The position numbers were made by a program, and so were the translations under genes. Below are positions 14,901 through 25,904 of a stretch of 64,000 bases of DNA, in pieces. Each line of letters opens with the position of its first letter. The first letter of the stretch is position 1. Origin of the DNA: a virus; the IMG/VR virus record IMGVR_UViG_3300029906_000004, positions 18,176 through 82,175 of that record; one strand, given 5' to 3'. The notes beneath the pieces were generated by a model, which was not told where the DNA came from, did not search any database, and was given only the letters and a program-made list of their open reading frames with translations.

Positions 14901-16532
14901 AACTCATTCTTCCAGTATGTTCCTAATAGTTATCGTATTCAGATGGGTTATAGAGATTTTATGAGAGGTCAGCTTGATAAGTTCTCTAATGAGAGTACAG
15001 CTTCTTACCCTGATAAAGACGATTTCTTCAGAAATAATTGGCACAATGATAAGCTGGTTAAACCTGTAGAATTAACTAATAGCAGAGGTAATGGTTTACT
15101 TGGTATATACTACAATAATCATATGCCAAATATCATAATGGGAGCTAGATTAGGTAATAGAGGATTATAGTAGGCTATTAAACCTATTAACTGGATAACT
15201 AATGTTACAGATGGTAAGAAATATCCAGTATTTGCACCTTACATTAAAATTTCAGATAGTAGATTCAATAGACCTGAAAACTGGCATCTATATACTCTTA
15301 TAGGTTATAAGTATGATGGAGACTCTAAAAAGTATATCCCTATTTATGGATTGATAAGTAAGAAAGGATATAAGTATAGAGGCCATACTGTTACTGAATA
15401 TGGAGTATAGACTTAGTTTGATTTTAATATAGAACCTGAATGGAACTACGCTGAAGCTTTGAATAACCCTACGGCTATTGCTGATATGGCAGAATCATCA
15501 TTTGCTGGTATGGGAGACTTCTGGTACGACGTTAAACCGATATCGTCTTTAGTTACTTATTAGAATTCTAACTATTTACATTCTATGATAGATACTGTAG
15601 TAGAAGAAGATACTCAAGCTGATAACATACCTTTAGAAGAAGTAGATGAACCTGCAGAAGCAGCTCAGCCTAGTACATAGTAGACTATTAACACGGTAAA
15701 TAATCCAGATAGCTTTACGTTACATTCTGGTGGTGCATTAGGAGCAGATTCTATGTGGGGCTAGATAGCAGAAGAGTATGGTATACCTAATACTCCAGAT
15801 AGACAGATGCATTACTATAATAATCAGCCTACTCCTAAAGGTAATGTACAAATATCTACTGAAGACTATGAAGAAGGTAGGTATAAGGTAGCAGAAGCTG
15901 CAAAAGCTAATTGGGGTTATTAGTATAAGACTATGAAAGATGATAGACTTATCCGTAACTGGTCATAGGTTAAACATTCAGATGCTATTTACGCTATTGG
16001 TACTATGGTTAGAGAAGGTGAAAGAATATTCCCTAATCAATCTGGAGATACTAGGACCGCTAAACATACAGCTGTTACAGGTGGTACTGGTTATGCAGTA
16101 GAAATGGCAATACAAGCAGGTAAACCAGTTTATGTGTTTGATCAATCTAGAAATAGATGGTTTAAGAATATAAACGGCGAATGGTCTGTATCGGATGTTC
16201 CAACTCTTACTCCTAACTTTGCAGGTATTGGTACTAGACAAATACAATAGAATGGCATTGATGCTATTAGAGCAGTATTTGAAAAGACGTTTGGTAATCC
16301 TTAGTAGAATACTCAACAAACTATACAAAGTGTTGATTAGATGTAGTATAAATAGTATATAGACGTTGAATAGCTTAAATAGAGTGTGGTGCAAACATTA
16401 AACGAACTTGTTGATGAAGGTACTATTACTAGAGAAGATGTAAGTAAGTTTAGAGAATTACTAAATAAAGAAAATCCTTCTACTAAAGAAGAAGTTGAAG
16501 GACTATTAAATAAATTTATATGTAACTTATGA
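2934..16532 (+). CDS. Giant virion RNA polymerase polyprotein (~4532 aa): Gly/Ala hydrophobic segment, Zn-ribbon insert, zincin HExxH, DFDID catalytic motif, C-terminal SLOG-like domain; TAG-recoded
   Basis: Twenty track fragments from 3258 to 16005 lie in one frame. The gaps I read contained only TAG, no TAA/TGA. EYHEAWH...EMMAEDF near 8680-8825; SDFDIDKL at 13218-13241 matches the crAss-like/phi14:2 vRNAP catalytic loop. Ends ICNL-TGA. Confidence 0.85.
5533..5813 (+). repeat. 29-bp exact direct repeat (CTCCAGCTCCAGCACCTGCTGCAGTAGAA) at 5533-5561 and 5785-5813
   Basis: Read directly. The copies flank a CPVC...CPQC Zn-ribbon coding segment. Confidence 0.9.
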
Positions 16533-19500
16533 TGAATATAAAATGTCCAAATAAAACTCTTCCTGAATGGAAGGAACTAGTTGAAGCGGTTGGTGAAAAT
16601 AGCGCCTACTATCTTTGGGATTAGAATAACGGTTATGGCTTAGATCGTGCTCCTAATGGAGCACTTTCTAAGTTATTTTCAGACCTTCTGAGCCATTATA
16701 ATGGTGATAGGAATGCTGCTATAGCAGCAAAGGCTAAAGTGTATTCAGAAGCCTTTAAAAACTGGTTTGGAGATTGGTTATCAGATGATAAGACTAGTGT
16801 ATCTAAAGTAGTAGATGAGAACGGGGAGCCTTTACTTAGTTCAGTAATTAGTAATTAGGACTTATTATAGTGGTTACAGAATAATCCTGTATAGATAACT
16901 CCAACTACATTTGATCCTTCGATTATACGTTAGATAAGTGATACTTATGAACACATTCAAAAAGGTCTCAAAGATCGTCTAAAATCTGTTAAACGTTATT
17001 CTACCAAGAATCCTAGGCTGTGGAATCAATTATCTACTGTAATATCTCAGTTAGCTAACAGTGAAGCGGAATAGGGTATCTTATAGTTCCTATAGCATAT
17101 ATCAGATACTATTAACGATGCTATTAAATTCTTACAGAAGCCTATAGATGAAATTAATGCTAAACAGATAAGACAATTGTCTTAGGACTACGTAGGATTC
17201 TATAAACCTCTTCTAGATGATATAATTTATCTATTTGATACTACTGATATATTTAAAGACTTACCTAATTATGTGGAACTACAAAGGAATGCTTATAGAT
17301 TGTCTACTGAAATGGATTAGGTCTATAATAGATTTGTCCATTTACTTAAGGCGAAAGGTATATCCGAACTAGTAAGTTATTTGTAGTCAAATAATGTACC
17401 GTAGTCATATATAGATAAAACTTTAGAATGGCTTAATAACCCTACTAACGATATTAGTATATTCCTTAACTGGTTCGGTATGGCATCTAATAGTAATAGT
17501 ATGGTTACATAGGCTATAGCTAAGATGCTAAATGATACTATAAATTAGACGTAGAGAGAGACTATGTCTAAAGGTATTGAGTTAGTTAAGTTAGCATAGG
17601 CAGCTAAAGAAAAATATGGAGTAGATGTATAGAAGTTGTTATACGAGAGACTTAATGATGGTACATATTCGGGTTATAGAGTAAGACCTATCAATTATGG
17701 TTAGTATAAGAAGGATAAACAATAGTATCTGGATAAATTAGCTAATAAGTTAGGTATAACTAAAGACAAAGAAGGTCATTATAACTTACCTAATGATGAA
17801 GCTATCCAAAAGAAATGGTTTGATGGTATTAATAAGTTTTATTCGGAGAGAGTAAATAGAAGATTTACTTCTGAATATTATACTACTAGAAATAGAATGT
17901 TATCTGTTAAGACTAGAGAAGCAATAGATGAAATACAGGATTACATAGATTCTATTGTATCTAGAGTAACTAGAGATGGTATTCAACACGATGAAGAACT
18001 CACTACATCTGAGTATTAGCAGTTACTTATGCTTAAGAGATAGAAACAGTTATTAGCTAATAGATATAACTTAGATGGAAGTATTAAGACTGGTGATGAT
18101 TTGCTAATAGCTAATGAACTATCTGCTTTTAATGAAGAAGTAAATAAGAATGTAAGTAGAGAAGTAGACTAGGAAAGATATGATAAAGATTATAAGGCTA
18201 TAGTAAAGCAATATGGTAGTAAAGATGATCCTAGAGTTAAGTTATGGGTATATAGAAATACTGTTACACGCTATAATTAGGCGTTTTACGACCGTTTAGA
18301 TAGACTAAACAAGACTCCATAGTCTGATTTATATAAAGAGCTTGTACAACGCCGTAGAGAGCTTACGTAGCTATTTAAAGATCCTGAAACTGGCTAGATA
18401 AATGTTGATATGTTATCTGATGAATAGAGAGCAATGCTTCTACAATTGGATAAAGATATAGATGCAGCCAGAACTTATTCTAGCAAAGAAGAAGATTCTG
18501 ATAGTTTTGGTAGTTTTGCCGAAGTAGTGTATACTTAGAAGTATTATGATGATGCTAGAGCTGCTCAAGCAGCCGGTTCTACTTAGTATCAACAATGGTA
18601 TGAATAGAATCATTACGAAGACCAGAGAGGTTATATGAAACCTGCTAGGTATTATACTGTATTAAGGCCTAAAGACTCTGTAGCTGACAGATATACTGAA
18701 ACAGTGCCTACTGGTAGATATACTAAAATAGATCCTACCTCTAATTGGTATAATCCTGATTATGATAATAACGGTCCTGCAATATAGCCTAAAAAGAAAT
18801 ATTATGACAATAGTAAGGCTTATAATGAAGTAATGAGTAAACCTGAAGTAAAAGCTTTGTACGAAGCTATTGTGGATACAATGAATCAGGCAAACTCGTA
18901 TATACCGTTCTTAAATACGGCTGATGATGGTAGAATGTCTTAGATGCCAGCTAGATTTGCACAGGTATGGGCTAGAATGACCGGTATTACTGATAGATTG
19001 AAGTATGCAATTGATGAAGTAGTTACTACTTAGGCTGACGATTTTGACTATGTAGAAGAATTTGCTACAATGCCTAATGGTGATCCTATTAAAGTAATAC
19101 CTACTAGATTTATACAGATGTTAGAGAATCCTAATATTATATCTACAGATGCAGTTACAGCTACCATTGCTTACTATAATATGGCTGTTAATTTTAAGAA
19201 TATGTAGGAGCAATAGGACAATATTGAACTAATGTTAGGATTACTCAAAGGTATTACTATTAGAAATAAAAAAGGTACAGTACAACCTGGTAACAGTAAT
19301 CTATATAAGTAGGCTCAATTGTTAGTAGATAGGCTAATGTATGGTAGAAACATGAATTAGGTAACTGCTAATGTATTAGGTAAAGAGATAAATATAACCA
19401 AAATGGCTACTTTATTACTTAGTTAGATACGTAAAGTTAATCTATCTGGTAATATTTGGTCTATTGGTACTAGCTTCTTTACCGATTCTACTTATACTAC

Positions 19501-20707
19501 TTTGGAAGCTAAGCTTGGTAGATATTTTGATAAAGAAGATCTATAGTTTGCTGTTAAAGAGTATGCTAGAAGATTACCTAATATAATGGAGAATATTGGT
19601 AATCCTGTACCGAACGATAAATTATCTTATCTAATGTTACTTAATTAGGTAGTAAGAGATAACAGGGGAGTATTCAATAGGATAGACTAGTCTTAGGTAT
19701 TAAGAAGTATTAATAATAACTTCTGGTATCTTGGTTATACTCAATCTGATTATCTCGTTAAATCTCACACTCTTATGAGTGTATATCATAATTATAGATT
19801 AGTGGATGGTAAATTTATGTCTAAAGCGGAGTTTATAAATACGTATTATCCTAGTAATAAGAAAGCTGGTGAAGCAGCTTTTAAATAGTTAGAAATTACT
19901 GCTTTTGATGCTTACAATGAAGATGGTACTGTTAAAGAAAAGTATAAATCTAAAATAACTACTAAGTTAATGAATGATATAAAGAATAGAATTGATGTGC
20001 TTAGTAGAAGAATAGATGGTACTTTACGTGAAGTAGATAAAGCTTAGATTCACGCTAATTTCTTAGGTCAATACGTAATAATGCATAAAAACTTTATGAT
20101 ACAAGGCTTACACGATAGATTTAAGAAGAAGCAATTTAACTTAGATACTTAGATGGAAGAAGATGGTTATTATAGAAGTATGGCTAGATTCTTACGAAAT
20201 ATAATAGGTAATAGACATTTTGGGCTTACTCAACTATTAGCTGATTATAACTAGTTACAAGAATATGAACAGTATGCCGTAAGACGAGTATTACATGAAA
20301 TTACTTTATTTACTTCAGCTACACTATTGGCATTGAGTTTAGCAGCTTTAGTAGACGGAGATGATGATTATGATAACTGGTTAATGCAATCTATTACTTA
20401 TCTTGCTTTACGTTCTGCATTTGAATTCCGTACTATGTATAATCCTATGGAGTTCTTCTCTTTAATTAAATCTCCAACAGCTGCATTTACTTGGTTTGAC
20501 AATGCTTCTGCTTTTATCAATCTATTTAACCCGTTCTCTTATATTGGAAGTGGAGGTCCGTTTGCTATTATAGATAGAGGAGTATACGAAGGTATGCCTA
20601 GAATACTTAGAAATATTATCAAAGTAACACCAATAAGAAGTATTATAGAAGCAGGAGATCCCGAATCAAAACGTAGTTATCTATAGAATCAATTAATGAG
20701 TTTCTAA
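16529..20707 (+). CDS. Large virion-associated protein (~1392 aa), TAG-recoded
   Basis: ATG overlaps the previous TGA. N-terminal motif KVYSEAFKNWFGDW...SKVVDENGEPL. In frame with track ORF 20327-20686; continues through TAG to TAA 20705-20707. Confidence 0.8.
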
Positions 20708-20752
20708 AGTCGCTATAGTACTTCTCAATTCTAGGAATACGAAGAAAAAGGA

Positions 20753-20782
20753 AAAGGTCTGGTATTAGTTTACCAGACCTTT
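20753..20782. terminator. Bidirectional intrinsic terminator between convergent gene blocks
   Basis: 12-bp inverted repeat AAAGGTCTGGTA/TACCAGACCTTT with a 6-nt loop and A/T tracts on both sides. Confidence 0.85.
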
Positions 20783-20785
20783 ATT

Positions 20786-21268
20786 TTATTCATAAGGATA
20801 ATAGTCTTCCTCAGGTAGTTCAGCTATAATAGACTCACCAAATCTATATGTAGGATAAAACAAACGAGGTATCAAATCTGGAACTGGCACATTATTCCAA
20901 AATGAACATATTTCCTGTTCTGCTTCAGCACTACAAGCTTTTCCTACACTTTTTAGTTGACTAATATCCTTTTTGTATCTTGGATTAGCAAGACAATATA
21001 CTGTATAATGATGTTTATTAATAGTAATATACCTCTTATTATATTTAGAATCTAAATGTTCAAATTTACAATATCTTTCTAAGGACTCTTTAGTATTTAC
21101 TTCACTGTCATATACAAGAAAGACCTTATCTTCAAGATAAGGTCTATTTTTATCACTTGTGTACGCATTAATAAAACCACTTTCTACAGTTAAGTCTTGC
21201 CATGTAAGATTATCGTCCATCAATGGAACAATATAGATACTTACATCATTCAAGTTTTTCAATACCAT
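20786..21268 (-). CDS. Hypothetical protein
   Basis: 160-aa ORF, overlapping operon context. Confidence 0.75.
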   Translation of the reverse strand: MVLKNLNDVSIYIVPLMDDNLTWQDLTVESGFINAYTSDKNRPYLEDKVFLVYDSEVNTKESLERYCKFEHLDSKYNKRYITINKHHYTVYCLANPRYKKDISQLKSVGKACSAEAEQEICSFWNNVPVPDLIPRLFYPTYRFGESIIAELPEEDYYPYE

Positions 21269-22229
21269 TATTCTCGTAATATTTACGAGTATGTTCCCAA
21301 TTTCTAGAATTGATATGGTATGAAATTTCTTTTATAGTATCTGAAATAAGATTCTTACGATTGAGTAACTCCTCTTCGTTAAACATATCAAATACTCTTA
21401 CTTCATAATTACCGTTTGTTTGTACAGCTATAATATAACATTCTAAATCATAATCATCTACATTATAATTTAATACTTCTAGCATATACCAAGTAATAGC
21501 ACAAAGGTAAAAAGCTAATTGTCTATAATAATCAAATTCTTCTACAGAATGTTTGAAATTATAAACGTCACTTGTAGTTTTTAAATCTATCAAAATGATT
21601 TTCTTATTAACATGGTCAAACATTACTCTATCAAGTAATGATTTACAAAGAACCTTATCTAATTCCCAGTTAATATGAAATTCATTATGACATTCGTATG
21701 TAGTAGGTACATCAAATAATAATTTATTAGCTGCTTGATGTTCCTCAAGATTCTTCTTAATCTTTTTAAGCATATCTAGATCTGCAAAAGAAATAGGTAT
21801 TTTATTATCTTTTTCAGATTGTAATGCTTTAATATAATCTGCATACTTATTACATAGCTCTCTTGCTTCATTTAAGGCGATTTCAGAGGACTTTGTATTA
21901 CTGTATGAAGATCTATATGCTTCAAGTAATTTCGTGTCTTCTACGAGCTCTAATGAGTTCGCATAAGCTGTACAGAAATCCTTTTGTTGCTTTACTTTAG
22001 GTACTTCGTAATCTAGAATAATATAGTCCTTCCAGAATTCATCTGGCTGAAGTATATATTCGTGAATCATAGTACCTTTCTTTAATTGAGGAAGGTCTAG
22101 ACCTTTTTCTTTACCATCTAACATATCACGAAGATACTTTGGACCTTTTTTCAAGAACCAACCTATAGCTGAATTCGAGATACGTGACGAATCAGAATAG
22201 TATGGCACATCAATTATCATCTTCTTCAT
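21246..22229 (-). CDS. PD-(D/E)XK exonuclease (RecE/exonuclease VIII, DUF3799-like)
   Basis: CKSLLDRV...IDLKTT...YYRQLAFY motifs. Confidence 0.8.
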   Translation of the reverse strand: MKKMIIDVPYYSDSSRISNSAIGWFLKKGPKYLRDMLDGKEKGLDLPQLKKGTMIHEYILQPDEFWKDYIILDYEVPKVKQQKDFCTAYANSLELVEDTKLLEAYRSSYSNTKSSEIALNEARELCNKYADYIKALQSEKDNKIPISFADLDMLKKIKKNLEEHQAANKLLFDVPTTYECHNEFHINWELDKVLCKSLLDRVMFDHVNKKIILIDLKTTSDVYNFKHSVEEFDYYRQLAFYLCAITWYMLEVLNYNVDDYDLECYIIAVQTNGNYEVRVFDMFNEEELLNRKNLISDTIKEISYHINSRNWEHTRKYYENNGIEKLE

Positions 22230-22491
22230 CTTCTACTTCGCTAAGTAAATAGGCTTTGAACTCTTTAAGCTTTTCTATACGTTCCTTATGTAATTTTATA
22301 CTCTCAAAATACTGAAAAGCTCTATCGTAGCTTCCTTCACGTACCGCTTGTGCTATCCATAATTCAAAATTAGTTATATCATTATGATGGTTAGCAACTC
22401 GACCATTAACGTATGCTTCTAACTTTACTCTTAATTGAGCTTCAGTAAAACCATCTTTAATCTTCTTTACTATCTTCTTTAGTAGATTCAT
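22210..22491 (-). CDS. Hypothetical protein
   Basis: 93-aa ORF overlapping both neighbours. Confidence 0.65.
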   Translation of the reverse strand: MNLLKKIVKKIKDGFTEAQLRVKLEAYVNGRVANHHNDITNFELWIAQAVREGSYDRAFQYFESIKLHKERIEKLKEFKAYLLSEVEDEEDDN

Positions 22492-23329
22492 CGATTATAT
22501 CTCCTGTTATTGGTAGAGGAATTTCATCCTCTTGCTGTTTTAAAAAGAATTCTTTATTAAGCTGTAAATATTCCTTAATTGCATTTACTTGAAAATTGTC
22601 ATAGTGTTTTAATGCAGTATACATAGGAATATTGTTAATCATGGTATCGAATATCTCTTCGATCTTACTTTTTTCAGTTTCCACTTCTACTACAGGTATT
22701 TCAAAATCTTCTTTTATATTATACTCATCATCTCTTATAGAACAATTATACTGTTCCTGAAATTCATCAGATGCCCCATCATGCCAGTGCCCATAAAATA
22801 TCGTTGTATAAGGTAAATTTTCTGCAATCTTATCTAAACAATTATTTTTAAACGGAGTATCGTGAGTAATAAGAACATCAATATCTGTTTTAGGTATTGT
22901 GTCATATACACTAGGACTGTTTATACCTTTATAATCATCTTCAAAAGCCCACTTACCTTCTTGAAATGGTATGGGTCTTATATAAGGAAAACCATAGAAA
23001 TTTATACCTTTATAGGTATACCGTTCATTGATAAGTAGAATAGCTTTATCATTAGAATACTGTTCTAATAGAGCTATAAACTTATAGAACAAGTTACTCT
23101 TATACAATCTTTCAAGAACTATATCATGATTACCCGCAGTAAATATTACTTTATTACATGGTAATCTACATACCCAGTTACAGAAGTCTCTTAGCCACCA
23201 TCGTATGGAAGCAAAAGATTTTCTCTGTATTTGTAAAGGGATAATATCCCCACTTATGCAAAGTACATCACAAGTAGGAATATTATCTGGTAAATAACCG
23301 TGTAAATCACTTAAACCTGCTATTTTCAT
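22457..23329 (-). CDS. Calcineurin-like metallophosphoesterase
   Basis: SDLHG, SGDI, GNHD, ITH and GHWH motifs. Confidence 0.9.
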   Translation of the reverse strand: MKIAGLSDLHGYLPDNIPTCDVLCISGDIIPLQIQRKSFASIRWWLRDFCNWVCRLPCNKVIFTAGNHDIVLERLYKSNLFYKFIALLEQYSNDKAILLINERYTYKGINFYGFPYIRPIPFQEGKWAFEDDYKGINSPSVYDTIPKTDIDVLITHDTPFKNNCLDKIAENLPYTTIFYGHWHDGASDEFQEQYNCSIRDDEYNIKEDFEIPVVEVETEKSKIEEIFDTMINNIPMYTALKHYDNFQVNAIKEYLQLNKEFFLKQQEDEIPLPITGDIIDESTKEDSKED

Positions 23330-23331
23330 AA

Positions 23332-24159
23332 TTAAAAGTCTTCTTCATCATCTTCTGTATCAATGTCTGGTTCAGGTCCTGCTTCACCAACATTAATATT
23401 CATAAATTCAAGAACTTCTTGTAAACTTAAATTCCAATCTTTAGTAAAAATAACTTCATCAATAAACGAAGAAATATTATCAATAGAAGGATACTTAATA
23501 TTATTAACAATAAAGTCTACTACTTCTTCTTTATTGTCAATATTCTTACTATCACAGATGAGTTCGGCATATTCACGTGCGTCATCTTTCATGCTATAAT
23601 GACGATAATAACGAATACGTGAGCATCTATTCTTAATAAAGTGACTTAAACCATCTTCATCATTTGCAGTCATTACTACTAACTTCTTAGCAGTCTTGTG
23701 CATACCATCTAAGAATGTTAGCATCTTCTGAGTACTAAAGTTCTTATCTACTTCATCAAATAGAATACAAACAGGAGTATCAAATTCCTTAAAGAATTCT
23801 TCTAGATACTTTTCTTCTAAATCAGAATTAATAACAATAATAGGTAACTTAGCTTTTTCAGCAAGAACCTTAGCAGTTACAGATTTGCCTGTACCTTTAT
23901 CTCCGGTGAGTAATACACCAGTTGTGTTCTTATCGCTAGAATTAAAATTCTTTAATACGCGATCTATGAATAGCTTATCCTTCTTTGTCTGATAAACAGT
24001 AGGAGGAAGATTCATCTCACCATTTAGTTCAAACTTAGTTACTCGTTCTCCCCATACAGTCTTAATTAGTAGATCGTATACTTTTCCAGGTTCAAGATCG
24101 TATGCATAACCTTTCGGTAGTGGAATAACTCTATTTCCTTGCTTAATAAAATTTGCCAT
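23332..24159 (-). CDS. AAA+ ATPase
   Basis: Walker A GDKGTGKS, Walker B LFDE, SRIRY arginine-finger region. Confidence 0.85.
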   Translation of the reverse strand: MANFIKQGNRVIPLPKGYAYDLEPGKVYDLLIKTVWGERVTKFELNGEMNLPPTVYQTKKDKLFIDRVLKNFNSSDKNTTGVLLTGDKGTGKSVTAKVLAEKAKLPIIVINSDLEEKYLEEFFKEFDTPVCILFDEVDKNFSTQKMLTFLDGMHKTAKKLVVMTANDEDGLSHFIKNRCSRIRYYRHYSMKDDAREYAELICDSKNIDNKEEVVDFIVNNIKYPSIDNISSFIDEVIFTKDWNLSLQEVLEFMNINVGEAGPEPDIDTEDDEEDF

Positions 24160-24174
24160 TGTCTGTAATAGTTT

Positions 24175-24456
24175 TTAAAATTGTTTGTAATACTCTACTA
24201 ATTCCTTAACTACTTTATCTACTGCTTTACTACGTTCTTCAAGAGTATCATTTCCTCCTGTAGGAGCATATTTCTCAATACCATTAGCTATCATTTCCAT
24301 AAAATCAGGATATAGTACTTTACCCGATTTTATTAATGGATCTAATACCTCTATTAGTTCAGTATAATCTCTATGAAAAGAATTCTTCATAGATGCTATT
24401 TCTTGCTCCCATAGAAAATTAGAAAGTTCGAGTATTTTTTTATCTACTTTTTTCAT
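24175..24456 (-). CDS. Hypothetical protein
   Basis: 93-aa ORF in the operon. Confidence 0.65.
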   Translation of the reverse strand: MKKVDKKILELSNFLWEQEIASMKNSFHRDYTELIEVLDPLIKSGKVLYPDFMEMIANGIEKYAPTGGNDTLEERSKAVDKVVKELVEYYKQF

Positions 24457-24838
24457 CTTTTAACTTTTTAACAAGCTCATCTACTTGTTTTTGATTACGT
24501 ACTAAGTAAAAGGAATAGTTAGGCATATTATTAGTAAGATAGTATTTAAATAACTTTTCTCTTAAAGGCCAAGCTTCATTAGGAAATCCTTTACATTCTA
24601 TAATAAAATCACTTCCTACAAAGTCAGGCAGATAGGTTATCGCTCTTACTGTTTTATTTTCAAAAATAAAAGAAGGTAATAACATATATCTATGCTGTTC
24701 ATACTCTGCATATATTTTAGCTTCTTTTAACTTCTTATAAGTATATGCTTCTAATTTACTTCTAAACTTAATACCATCTAACTAAGTAGGAGTAGCGTTT
24801 TTTACTTTTCCTTCTTTCTTAGTTCGTTTTCTAACCAT
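24440..24838 (-). CDS. PD-(D/E)XK endonuclease (DUF1064-like, possible resolvase), 132 aa with one in-frame TAG at codon 19
   Basis: MVRKRTKKEGKVKNATPT(TAG)LDGIKFRSKLEAY...YLPDF...IIECKG. ATG at 24838 is in frame with track ORF 24440-24685; the TAG is at 24782-24784. Confidence 0.8.
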
Positions 24839-25782
24839 TGTTTTATAGTTTCAAACCCATTTAACTTAATAGCATCAGATATATCTTTTGCATGAAATTT
24901 CTTATTAACAAGTATAGGCTCTAAGCCTGTTTTAAGGCTTATTTTGCGTAGATAACGAATGCCTGATACGTCCCTATCAAAACATACTAAAATACGCTTA
25001 AATCGCTTCTTAAGTGCCTCTAACGCTGCATCTGATATAAATGTAGACTCTGATGATGGAGAAATTGCAGGAATACCCATTTCGTGTAGGCACATTACGT
25101 CCTTTAGAGATTTTGTAATAATGAGTATGTCTCCTTCTTTGGGTAGTTGTTCCCATCCTTGGATATCATCTTGGGATAGATTATTTCGCCATTTTGTATA
25201 CTTATCTGCGAGTGGTCTATAGATTTTAAAGTTATTAAAAACCTTATAAGCATACATAGGATTAATATCTTTATATATTCCTTTAACAATTCCATTACAT
25301 AAATAATACTTAATACTGCTTACATTAAACTTTTCTAAAGTTTTTTGACCAATATGATACATAGACCAATAGCCTATATCGGCATAAGTCCAAGGTTGAC
25401 GTACTACACCTATTATAGTTTCTCCTGTAGGTGCATACTGTTTAGTAGAATCTAATTTAGTATTATTAGTTATCTTCAGTTTGTCTACTATATCTTGTAG
25501 AATATCGTTATATTCTGTTTTACCAGTAAGTAATGATACGAACTTAATTATATTACCGCATTCTCCAGTACCATGGTCTTTAAATAATAATTGTTTAGTT
25601 CTCTTACTATAATATACTCCAAAAGAAGGGTTCTTATCCTTTCTAAATGGACTATTATAGATCATACCTACTTTGAATTGTCCTAGATAATGAGAATATA
25701 TTTCATATTCTGTTACTTTAGATAATATCCAATCTAAAGTCAATGGTCTTTTAGGTTGTTTAACCCTTCTTTTATCATACAT
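24802..25782 (-). CDS. dnaG: DNA primase (TOPRIM)
   Basis: SPFRKDKNPSF N-terminal region, ITKSLKD and CFDRD TOPRIM motifs. Start moved to ATG 25782 (MYDKRR). Confidence 0.85.
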   Translation of the reverse strand: MYDKRRVKQPKRPLTLDWILSKVTEYEIYSHYLGQFKVGMIYNSPFRKDKNPSFGVYYSKRTKQLLFKDHGTGECGNIIKFVSLLTGKTEYNDILQDIVDKLKITNNTKLDSTKQYAPTGETIIGVVRQPWTYADIGYWSMYHIGQKTLEKFNVSSIKYYLCNGIVKGIYKDINPMYAYKVFNNFKIYRPLADKYTKWRNNLSQDDIQGWEQLPKEGDILIITKSLKDVMCLHEMGIPAISPSSESTFISDAALEALKKRFKRILVCFDRDVSGIRYLRKISLKTGLEPILVNKKFHAKDISDAIKLNGFETIKQWLENELRKKEK

Positions 25783-25797
25783 AATACATATCTTTAG

Positions 25798-25895
25798 AAG
25801 GCTATACAGGAGTCGAACCTGTTCCGCGTATACTTTGTATACTTGTACTACCATAAACTTTTTCTCACTAAAGTTTAATTCTATACTAATAGCCC
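25798..25895 (-). ncRNA. tRNA-like element, identity undetermined
   Basis: Acceptor-like stem GGGCTAT/ATAGCCT and canonical T-arm ACAGG-TTCGACT-CCTGT. D and anticodon arms are non-canonical. Confidence 0.45.
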
Positions 25896-25904
25896 CAAGT
25901 TTTG

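Noticed and set aside
115-16394. Minus-strand track ORFs in the left arm (115, 2467, 7961, 9312, 10988, 11709, 15978)
   Set aside because: They are antisense shadows of the long recoded plus-strand genes, with no recognisable motifs.
1-20707. Pseudogene decay or sequencing error as the cause of the fragmented ORFs
   Set aside because: The interruptions are exclusively TAG, the frame is preserved over many kb, catalytic motifs are intact, and a CTA-anticodon tRNA is present.
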